DNA from: Eledone cirrhosa
Taxonomy: Eukaryota
Reading direction: 5' to 3'
Assembly: GCA_964016885.1 (NCBI GenBank)
Contig: OZ024743.1
Location: forward strand, 35,774,001-35,838,000
DNA: 64,000 nt
The translations under genes and the position numbers were made by a program. Numbering within the stretch: the first letter of the stretch is position 1; every line of letters begins with the position of its first letter. Shown piece after piece: positions 50,101 to 61,139 of this stretch. The notes below the pieces were generated by a model that worked only from the letters and a program-made list of their open reading frames with translations, was not told the origin of the DNA and did no database searches.

Positions 50101-53100
50101 GGTGGTAGTGGTGATGGTAGTGTTGGTGTTGATAGAGGTGGTAGTGGTGATGGTAGTGGTGTTGACAGAGGTGGTAGTGATGATGGTAGTGTTGGTGTTG
50201 ATAGAGGTGGTAGTGGTGATGGTAGTGGTGTTGATAGAGGTGGTAGTGGTGATGGTAGTGTTGGTGTTGATAGAGGTGGTAGTGGTGATGGTAGTGTTGG
50301 TGTTGTTAGAGGTGGTAGTGGTGATGGTAGTGTTGGTGTTGTTAGAGGTGGTAGTGGTGATGATAGCGTTGGTGTTGTTAGAGGTGGTAGTGGTGATGGT
50401 AGTGTTGGTGTTGATAGAGGTGGTAGTGGTGATGATAGTGGTGTTGATAGAGGTGGTACTGGTGATGGTAGTGTTGGTGTTGATAGAGGTGGTAGTGGTG
50501 ATGGTAGTGGTGTTGATAGAGGTGGTAGTGGTGATGGTAGTATTGGTGTTGTTAGAGGTGGTATTGGTGATGTTAGTGGTGTTGATAGAGGTGGTAGTGG
50601 TGATGGTAGTGGTGTTGATAGAGGTGGTAGTGGTGATGGTAGTGTTGGTGTTGATAGAGGTGGTATTGGTGATGGTAGTGGTGTTGTTAGAGGTGGTAGT
50701 GGTGATGGTAATGGAGTTGTTAGAGGTGGTAGTGGTGATGGTAGTGTTGGTGTTGTTAGAGGTGATATTGGTGATGGTAGTGGTGTTGTTAGAGGTGGTA
50801 GTGGTGATGGTAATGGTGTTGTTAGAGGTGGTAGTGGTGATGGTAGTGTTGGTGTTGTTAGAGTTGGTAGTGGTGATGGTAGTGTTGGTGTTGTTAAAGG
50901 TGGTAGTGTTGATGGTAGAGTTGGTGTTGTTAGAGGTGGTAGTGGTGATGGTAGTGTTGGTGTTGTTAGAGGTGGTAGTGGTGATGGTAGTGGTGTTGAT
51001 AGTGGTGGTATTGGTGATGGTAGTGTTGGTGTTGTTAAAGGTGGTAGTGGTGATGGTAGTGTTGGTGTTGATAGAGGTGGTAGTGCTGATGGTAGTGGTG
51101 TTGTTAGAGGTGGTAGTGTTGATGGTAGTGTTGGTGTTGTTAAAGGTGGTAGTGGTGATGGTAGTGTTGGTGTCGTTAGAGGTGGTAGTCTGATGGTAGT
51201 GTTGGTGTTGTTAGACGTGGTATTGGTGATGGTAGTGGTGTTATTAGAGGTGGTAGTGGTTATGGTAGTGGTGTTGTTAGAGGTGGTAGTGGTGATGGTA
51301 GTGGTGTTGTTAGAGGTGGTAGTGGTGATGGTAGTGTTGGTGTTGACAGAGGTGGTAATGGTGATGGTAGTGGTGTTGTTAGAGGTGGTAGTGGTGATGG
51401 TAGTGTTGGTGTTGTTAGAGGTGGTATTGGTGATGGTAGTGTTGGTGTTGATAGAGGTCGTAGTGGTGATGGTAGTGTTGGTGTTGTTAGATGTGGTAGT
51501 GGTGATGGTAGTGTTGGTGTTGATAGAGGTGGTAGTGGTGATGGTAGTGGTGTTGTTAGAGGTGGTAGTGGTGATGGTAGTGTTGGTGTTGATAGAGGTG
51601 GTAGTGGTGATGGTAGTGGTGTTGATAGAGGTGGTAGTGGTGATGGTAGTGTTGGTGTTGATAGAGGTGGTAGTGGTGATGGTAGTGGTGTTGACAGAGG
51701 TGGTAGTGGTGATGGTAGTGTTGGTGTTGATAGAGGTGGTAGTGGTGATGGTAGTGGTGTTGATAGAGGTGGTAGTGGTGATTGTAGTTTTGGTGTTGAT
51801 AGAGGTGGTAGTGGTGATGGTAGTGTTGGTGTTGTTAGAGGTGGTAGTGGTGATGGTAGTGTTGGTGTTGTTAGAGGTGGTAGTGGTGATGGTAGCGTTG
51901 GTGTTGTTAGAGGTGGTAGTGGTGATGGTAGTATTGGTGTTGTTAGAGGTGGTAGTGGTGATGGTAGTGTTGGTGTTGTTAGAGGTGGTAGTGGTGATGG
52001 TAGCGTTGGTGTTGATAGAGGTGGTAGTGGTGATGGTAGTAGTGTTGATAGAGGTGGTAGTGGTGATGGTAGTGGTGTTGATAGAGGTGGTAGTGGTGAT
52101 GGTAGTGTTGGTGTTGTTAGAGGTGGTAGTAGTGATGGTAGTGTTGGTGTTGATAAATGTGGTAGTGTTGATGGTAGAGTTGGTGTTGTTAGAGGTGGTA
52201 GTGGTGATGGTAGTGTTGGTGTTGTTAGAGGTGGTATTGGTGATGGTAGTGGTGTTGTTAGAGGTGGTAGTGGTGATGGTAATGGTGTTGTTAGAGGTGG
52301 TAGTGGTGATGGTAGTGTTGGTGTTGTTAGAGGTGGTATTGGTGATGGTAGTGGTGTTGTTAGAGGTGGTAGTGGTGATGGTAATGGTGTTGTTAGAGGT
52401 GGTAGTGGTGATGGTAGTGTTGGTGTTGTTAGAGGTGGTATTGGTGATGGTAGTGGTGTTGTTAGAGGTGGTATTGGTGATGGTAGTGGTGTTGTTAGAG
52501 GTGGTAGTGGTGATGGTAATAGTGTTGTTAGAGGTGGTAGTGGTGATGGTAGTGTTGGTGTTGTTAGAGTTGGTAGTGGTGATGGTAGTGTTGGTGTTGT
52601 TAAAGGTGGTAGTGTTGATGGTAGAGTTGGTGTTGTTAGAGGTGGTAGTGGTGATGGTAGTGTTGGTGTTGTTAGAGGTGGTAGTGGTGATGGTAGTGGT
52701 GTTGATAGTGGTGGTATTGGTGATGGTAGTGTTGGTGTTGTTAAAGGTGGTAGTGGTGATGGTAGTGTTGGTGTTGATAGAGGTGGTAGTGCTGATGGTA
52801 GTGGTGTTGTTAGAGGTGGTAGTGTTGATGGTAGTGTTGGTGTTGTTAGAGGTGGTAGTGGTGATGGTAGTGTTGGTGTTGTTAGAGGTGGTAGTGTTGA
52901 TGGTAGTGTTGGTGTTGTTAAAGGTGGTAGTGGTGATGGTAGTGTTGGTGTCGTTAGAGGTGGTAGTCTGATGGTAGTGTTGGTGTTGTTAGACGTGGTA
53001 TTGGTGATGGTAGTGGTGTTATTAGAGGTGGTAGTGGTTATGGTAGTGGTGTTGTTAGAGGTGGTAGTGGTGATGGTAGTGGTGTTGTTAGAGGTGGTAG

Positions 53101-56100
53101 TGGTGATGGTAGTGTTGGTGTTGACAGAGGTGGTAATGGTGATGGTAGTGGTGTTGTTAGAGGTGGTAGTGGTTATGGTAGTGTTGGTGTTGTTAGAGGT
53201 GGTATTGGTGATGGTAGTGTTGGTGTTGATAGAGGTCGTAGTGGTGATGGTAGTGTTGGTGTTGTTAGAGGTGGTAGTGGTGATGGTAGTGTTGGTGTTG
53301 ATAGAGGTGGTAGTGGTGATGGTAGTGGTGTTGTTAGAGGTGGTAGTGGTGATGGTAGTGTTGGTGTTGATAGAGGTGGTAGTGGTGATGGTAGTGGTGT
53401 TGATAGAGGTGGTAGTGGTGATGGTAGTGTTGGTGTTGATAGAGGTGGTAGTGGTGATGGTGGTGGTGTTGACAGAGGTGGTAGTGGTGATGGTAGTGGT
53501 GTTGATAGAGGTGGTAGTGGTGATGGTAGTGTTGGTGTTGATAGAGGTGGTAGTGGTGATGGTAGTGTTGGTGTTGTTAGAGGTGGTAGTGGTGATGGTA
53601 GTGTTGGTGTTGTTAGAGGTGGTAGTGGTGATGGTAGCGTTGGTGTTGTTAGAGGTGGTAGTGGTGATGGTAGTGTTGGTGTTGATAGAGGTGGTAGTGG
53701 TGATGGTAGTGGTGTTGATAGAGGTGGTAGTGGTGATGGTAGTGTTGGTGTTGATAGAGGTGGTAGTGGTGATGGTAGTGGTGTTGATAGAGGTGGTAGT
53801 GGTGATGGTAGTATTGGTGTTGTTACAGGTGGTATTGGTGATGTTAGTGGTGTTGATAGAGGTGGTAGTGGTGATGGTAGTGGTGTTGATAGAGGTGGTT
53901 GTGGTGATGGTAGTGTTCGTGTTGATAGAGGTGGTAGTGTTGATGGTAGAGTTGGTGTTGTTAGAGGTGGTAGTGGTGATGGTAGTGTTGGTGTTGTTAG
54001 AGGTGGTATTGGTGATGGTAGTGGTGTTGTTAGAGGTGGTATTGGTGATGGTAGTGGTGTTGTTAGAGGTGGTAGTGGTGATGGTAATGGTGTTGTTAGA
54101 GGTGGTAGTGGTGATGGTAGTGTTGGTGTTGTTAGAGGTGGTAGTGGTGATGGTAGTGTTGGTGTTGTTAAAGGTGGTAGTGTTGATGGTAGAGTTGGTG
54201 TTGTTAGAGGTGGTAGTGGTGATGGTAGTGTTGGTGTTGTTAGAGGTGGTAGTGGTGATGGTAGTGGTGTTGATAGTGGTGGTATTGGTGATGGTAGTGT
54301 TGGTGTTGTTAAAGGTGGTAGTGGTGATGGTAGTGTTGGTGTTGATAGAGGTAGTAGTGCTGATGGTAGTGGTGTTGTTAGAGGTGGTAGTGTTGATGGT
54401 AGTGTTGGTGTTGTTAGAGGTGGTAGTGGTGATGGTAGTGTTGGTGTTGTTAGAGGTGGTAGTGTTGATGGTAGTGTTGGTGTTGTTAAAGGTGGTAGTG
54501 GTGATGGTAGTGTTGGTGTCGTTAGAGGTGGTAGTGTGATGGTAGTGTTGGTGTTGTTAGACGTGGTATTGGTGATGGTAGTGGTGTTATTAGAGGTGGT
54601 AGTAGTTATGGTAGTGGTGTTGTTAGAGGTGGTAGTGGTGATGGTAGTGGTGTTGTTAGAGGTGGTAGTGGTGATGGTAGTGTTGGTGTTGTTAGAGGTG
54701 GTAGTGGTGATGGTAGTGGTGTTGTTAGAGGTGGTATTGGTGATGGTAGTGGTGTTGTTAGAGGTGGTAGTGGTGATGGTAGTATTGGTGTTGTTAGAGG
54801 TGGTATTGGTGATGGTAGTGGTGGTGTTAGAGGTGGTAGTGGTGATGGTAGTGTTGGTGTTGTTAGAGGTGGTATTGGTGATTGTAGTGGTGTTGTTAGA
54901 CGTGGTAGTGGTGATGGTAGTGGTGTTGTTAGAGGTGGTAGTAGTGAATGGTAGTGGTGTTGTTAGAGGTGGTAGTGGTGATGGTAGTGTTGGTATTGTT
55001 AGAGGTGGTATTGGTGATGGTAGTGTTGTTGTTAGAGGTGGTAGTGTTGATGGTAGTGTTGGTGTTGTTAGAGATGGTATTGGTGATGGTAGTGGTGTTG
55101 TTAGAGGTGGTAGTAGTGATGGTAGTGTTGGTGTTGTTAGAGGTGGTAGTGTGATGGTAGTGTTGGTGTTGTTAGAGGTGGTAGTGGTGATGGTAGTGGT
55201 GTTGTTAGAGGTGGTAGTGGTGATGGTAGTGTTGGTGTTGATAGAGGTGGTAGTGGTGATGGTAGTGGTGTTGATAGAGGTGGTAGTGGTGATGGTAGTG
55301 TTGGTGTTGATAGAGGTGGTAGTGGTATAGGTAGTGTTGGTGTTGTTAGAGGTGGTAGTGGTGATGGTAGTGGTGTTGATAGTGGTGATTTTGGTGATGG
55401 TAGTGTTGGTGTTGTTAAAGGTGGTAGTGGTGATGGTAGTGTTGGTGTTGATAGAGGTGGTAGTGCTGATGGTAGTGGTGTTGTTAGAGGTGGTAGTGTT
55501 GATGGTAGTGTTGGTTTTGTTAGAGGTGGTAGTGGTGATGGTAGTGTTGGAGTTGTTAGAGGTGGTAGTGTTGATGGTAGTGTTGGTGTTGTTAAAGGTA
55601 GTAGTGGTGATGGTAGTGTTGGTGTCGTTAGAGGTGGTAGTGTGATGGTAGTGGTGTTATTAGAGGTGGTAGTGGTTATGGTAGTGGTGTTGTTAGAGGT
55701 GGTAGTGGTGATGGTAGTGGTGTTGTTAGAGGTGGTAGTGGTGATGGTAGTGTTGGTGTTGATAGAGGTGGTAGTGGTGATGGTAGTGGTGGTGTTAGAG
55801 GTGGTAGTGGTGATGGTAGTATTGGTGTTGTCAGAGGTGGTATTGGTGATGGTAGTGGTGGTGTTAGAGGTGGTAGTGGTGATGGTAGTGTTGGTGTTGT
55901 TAGAGGTGTTATTGGTGATTGTAGTGGTGTTGTTAGACGTGGTAGTGGTGAATGGTAGTGGTGTTGTTAGAGGTGGTAGTAGTGAATGGTAGTGGTGTTG
56001 TTAGAGGTGGTAGTGGTGATGGTAGTATTGGTATTGTTAGAGGTGGTATTGGAGATGGTAGTGTTGTTGTTAGAGGTGGTAGTGTTGATGGTAGTGTTGG

Positions 56101-59100
56101 TGTTGTTAGAGATGGTATTGGTGATGGTAGTGGTGTTGTTAGAGGTGGTATTGGTGATGGTAGTGTTGGTGTTGTTAGAGGTGGTATTGGTGATGGTAGT
56201 GTTGGTGTTGTTAGAGGTGGTAGTGTGATGGTAGTGTTGATGTTGTTAGAGGTGGTAGTGTGATGGTAGTGTTGGTGTTGTTAGAGGTGGTATTGGTGAT
56301 GGTAGTGGTGTTGTTAGAGATGGTAGTAGTGATGGTAGTGGTGTTGTTAGAGGTGATAGTAGTGATGGTAGTGGTGTTGTTAGAGGTGGTAGTGGTGATG
56401 GTAGCGTTGGTGTTGTTAGAGGTCGTTGTGGTGATGGTAGCGTTGGTGTTGTTAGAGGTGGTAGTGGTGATGGTAGTGTTGGTGTTGACAGAGGTGGTAA
56501 TGGTGATGGCAGTGGTGTTGTTAGAGGTGGTAGTGGTGATGGTAGTGTTGGTGTTGTTAGAGGTGGTAGTGGTGATGGTAGTGTTGGTGTTGTTAGAGGT
56601 AGTAGTGGTGATGGTAGTGTTGGTGTTGTTAGAGGTGGTAGTGGTGATGGTAGTGTTGGTGTTGTTAGAGGTGGTATTGGTGATGGTAGTGGTGTTGTTA
56701 GAGGTGGTAGTGGTGATGGTAGTGTTGGTGTTGTTAGAGGTAGTAGTGGTGATGGTAGTGTTGGTGTTGTTAGAGGTGGTAGTGGTGATGGTAGCGTTGG
56801 TGTTGTTAGAGGTGGTAGTGGTGATGGTAGTGTTGGTGTTGTTAGAGGTGGTAGTGGTGATGGTAGCGTTGGTGTTGTTAGAGGTGGTAGTGGTGATGGT
56901 AGCTTTGGTGTTGTTAGAGGTGGTAGTGGTGATGGTAGTGTTGGTGTTGTTAGAGGTGGTATTGGTGATGGTAGTGTTGGTGTTGTTAGAGGTGGTATTG
57001 GTGATGGTAGTGGTGTTGTTAGAGGTGGTATTGGTGATGGTAGTGGTGTTGTTAGAGGTGGTAGTAGTGATGGTAGTGTTGGTGTTGTTAGAGGTGGTAG
57101 TGGTGATGGTAGTGTTGGTGTTGTTAGAGGTAGTAGTGGTGATGGTAGTGTTAGTGTTGTTAGAGGTGGTAGTGGTGATGGTAGTGGTGTTGTTAGAGGT
57201 GGTAGTAGTGATGGTAGTGTTGGTGTTGTTAGAGGTGGTAGTGGTGATGGTAGTGTTGGTGTTGTTAGAGGTAGTAGTGGTGATGGTAGTGTTGGTGTTG
57301 TTAGAAGTGGTAGTGGTGATGGTAGCGTTGGTGTTGTTAGAGGTGGTAGTGGTGATGGTAGTGTTGGTGTTGTTAGAGGTGGTAGTGGTGATGGTAGCGT
57401 TGGTGTTGTTACAGGTGGTAGTGGTGATGGTAGCTTTGGTGTTGTTAGAGGTGGTAGTGGTGATGGTAGTGTTGGTGTTGACAGAGGTGGTAATGGTGAT
57501 GGTAGTGGTGTTGTTAGAGGTGGTAGTGGTGATGGTAGTGTTGGTATTGTTAGAGGTGGTAGTGGTGATGGTAGTGTTGGTGTTGTTAGAGGTGGTAGTG
57601 GTGATGGTAGTGGTGTTGTTAGAGGTGGTAGTGGTGATGGTAGTGTTGGTGTTGTTAGAGGTGGTAGTGGTGATGGTAGTGTTGGTGTTGTTAGAGGTAG
57701 TAGTGGTGATGGTAGTGTTGGTGTTGACACAGGTGGTAATGGTGATGGTAATGGTGTTGTTAGAGGTGGTAGTGGTGATGGTAGTGTTGGTGTTGTTAGA
57801 GGTGGTAGTGGTGATGGTAGTGTTGGTGTTGTTAGAGGTAGTAGTGGTGATGGTAGTGGTGTTGATAGAGGTGGTAGTGGTGATGGTAGTGTTGGTGTTG
57901 ATAGAGGTGGTAGTGGTATAGGTAGTGTTGTTGTTGTTAGAGGTGGTAGTGGTGTTGATAGAGGTGGTATTGGTGATGGTAGTGTTGGTGTTGTTAGAGG
58001 TGGTAGTGGTGATGGTAGTGGTGTTGATAGAGGTGGTAGTGGTGATGGTAGTGTTGGTGTTGTTAGAGGTGGTAGTGGTGATGGTAGTGTTGGTGTTGTC
58101 ATAGGTGGTAGTGGTGATGGTAGTGTTGGTGTTGTTAGAGGTGGTAGAGGTGATGGTAGTGGTGTTGATAGAGGTGGTAGTGGTGATGGTAGTGTTGGTG
58201 TTGTTAGAGGTGGTAGTGGTGATGGTAGTGTTGGTGTTGTTAGAGGTGGTAGTGGTGATGGTAGTGTTGGTGTTGTTAGAGGTGGTAGTGGTGATGGTAG
58301 TGGTGTTGATAGAGGTGGTAGTGGTGATGGTAGTGTTGGTGTTGATAGAGGTGGTAGTGGTGATGGTAGTGTTGGTGTTGATAGAGGTGGTAGTGGTGAT
58401 GGTAGTGGTGTTGACAGAGGTGGTAGTGGTGATGGTAGTGTTGGTGTTGATAGAGGTGGTAGTGGTGATGGTAGTGATGTTGATAGAGGTGGTAGTGGTG
58501 ATGGTAGTGTTGGTGTTGATAGAGGTGGTAGTGGTGATGGTAGTGTTGGTGTTGTTAGAGGTGGTAGTGGTGATGGTAGTGTTGGTGTTGTTAGAGGTGG
58601 TAGTGGTGATGGTAGCGTTGGTGTTGTTAGAGGTGGTAGTGGTGATGGTAGTGTTGGTGTTGATAGAGGTGGTAGTGGTGATGGTAGTGGTGTTGATAGA
58701 GGTGGTAGTGGTGATGGTAGTGTTGGTGTTGATAGAGGTGGTAGTTGTGATGGTAGTGGTGTTGATAGAGGTGGTAGTGGTGATGGTAGTGTTGGTGTTG
58801 TTAGAGGTGGTATTGGTGATGGTAGTGGTGTTGATAGAGGTGGTAGTGGTGATGGTAGTGTTGGTGTTGTTAGAGGTGGTAGTGGTGATGGTAGTGGTGT
58901 TGATAGAGGTGGTAGTGGTGATGGTAGTGTTGGTGTTGATAGAGGTGGTATTGGTGATGTTAGTGGTGTTGATAGAGGTGGTAGTGGTGATGGTAGTGGT
59001 GTTGATAGAGGTGGTAGTGGTGATGGTAGTGTTGGTGTTGATAGAGGTGGTATTGGTGATGGTAGTGGTGTTGTTAGAGGTGGTAGTGGTGATGGTAGTG

Positions 59101-61020
59101 GTGTTGTTAGAGGTGGTAGTGGTGATGGTAGTGTTGGTGTTGTTAGAGGTGGTAGTGGTGATGGTAGTGTTGGTGTTGATAAATGTGGTAGTGGTGATGG
59201 TAGTGGTCTTGTTAGAGGTGGTAGTGGTGTTGGTAGTGTTGCTGTTGTTAGAGGTGGTAGTGGTGATGGTAGTGGTGTTGTTAGAGGTGGTAGTGGTGAT
59301 GGTAGTGTTGGTGTTGTTAAAGGTGGTAGTGGTGATGGTAGTGTTGGTGTTGATAGAGGTGGTAGTGGTGATGGTAGTGGTGTTGATAGAGGTGGTAGTG
59401 TTGATGGTAGAGTTGGTGTTGTTAGAGGTGGTAGTGGTGATGGTAGTGTTGGTGTTGTTAGAGGTGGTAGTGGTGATGGTAGTGGTGTTGATAGTGGTGG
59501 TATTGGTGATGGTAGTGTTGGTGTTGTTAAAGGTGGTAGTGGTGATGGTAGTGTTGGTGTTGATAGAGGTGGTAGTGCTGATGGTAGTGGTGTTGTTAGA
59601 GGTGGTAGTGTTGATGGTAGTGTTGGTGTTGTTAGAGGTGGTAGTGGTGATGGTAGTGTTGGTGTTTTTAGAGGTGATAGTGTTGATGGTAGTGTTGGTG
59701 TTGTTAAAGGTGGTAGTGGTGATGGTAGTGTTGGTGTCGTTAGCGGTGGTAGTGTGATGGTAGTGTTGGTGTTGTTAGACGTGGTATTGGTGATGGTAGT
59801 GGTGTTATTAGAGGTGGTAGTGGTGATGGTAGTGGTGTTGTTAGAGGTGGTATTGGTGATGGTAGTGGTGTTGTTAGAGGTGGTAGTGGTGATGGTAGTA
59901 TTGGTGTTGTTAGAGGTGGTATTGGTGATGGTAGTGGTGGTGTTAGAGGTGGTAGTGGTGATGGTAGTGTTGGTGTTGTTAGAGGTGGTATTGGTGATTG
60001 TAGTGGTGTTGTTAGACGTGGTAGTGGTGATGGGAGTGGTGTTGTTAGAGGTGGTAGTAGTGAATGGTAGTGGTGTTGTTAGAGGTGGAAGTGGTGATGG
60101 TAGTGTTGGTATTGTTAGAGGTGGTATTGGTGATGGTAGAGTTGTTGTTAGAGGTTGTAGTGTTGATGGTAGTGTTGGTGTTGTTAGAGATGGTATTGGT
60201 GATGGTAGTGGTGTTGTTAGAGGTGGTAGTAGTGATGGTAGTGTTGGTGTTGTTAGAGGTGGTAGTGTGATGGTAGTGTTGGTGTTGTTAGAGGTGGTAT
60301 TGGTGATGTTAGTGGTGTTGTTAGAGATGGTAGTAGTGATGGTAGTGGTGTTGTTAGAGGTGGTAGTGGTGATGGTAGTGGTGTTGTTAGAGGTGATAGT
60401 AGTGATGGTAGTGGTGTTGTTAGAGCTGGTAGTGGTGATGGTAGTGTTGGTGTTGTTAGAGGTGGTATTGGTGATAGTAGTGGTGTTGTTAGAGGTGGTA
60501 GTGGTGATGGTAGTGTTGGTGTTGTTAGTGGTGGTAGTAGTGATGGTAGTGGTGTTGTTAGAGGTGGTAGTGGTGATGGTAGTAGTGTTGTTAGAGCTGG
60601 TAGTGGTGATGGTAGTGTTGGTGTTGTTAGTGGTGGTAGTAGTGATGGTAGTGGTGCTGTTAGAGGTGGTACTGGTGATGGTAGTGGTGTTGTTAGAGGT
60701 GGTAGTGGTGATGGTAGTGTTGGTGTTGTTAGTGGTGGTAGTAGTGATGGTAGTGGTGTTGTTAGAGGTGGTAGTGGTGATGGTAGTGGTGTTGTTAGAG
60801 CTGGTAGTGGTGATGGTAGTGTTGGTGTTGTTAGTGGTGGTAGTAGTGATGGTAGTGGTGTTGTTAGAGGTGGTACTGGTGATGGTAGTGGTGTTGTTAG
60901 AGGTGGTAGTGGTGATGGTAGTGGTGTTGTTAGAGGTGGTAGTGGTGATGGTAGTGTTGGTGTTGTTAGTGGTGGTATTAGTGATGGTAGTGGTGTTGTT
61001 AGAGGTGGTAGTGGTGATAA
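44135..61020. repeat. ~17-kb G/T-rich minisatellite of 36- and 33-bp units with higher-order repeats
   Basis: Unit GAGGTGGTAGTGGTGATGGTAGTG(TTG)GTGTTGTTA; rare variants recur at kb spacing. Confidence 0.97.
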
Positions 61021-61139
61021 CACTAATGTTAGTAGTAGTATTCACTGGTATGTTATTGGTATTGGTATTGGTAGTAGTATTGGTGTCAGTGTTGGTAGTA
61101 ATAATTTGTGGTATTGGTTTTGGTAGTAGTATTGGTGTA

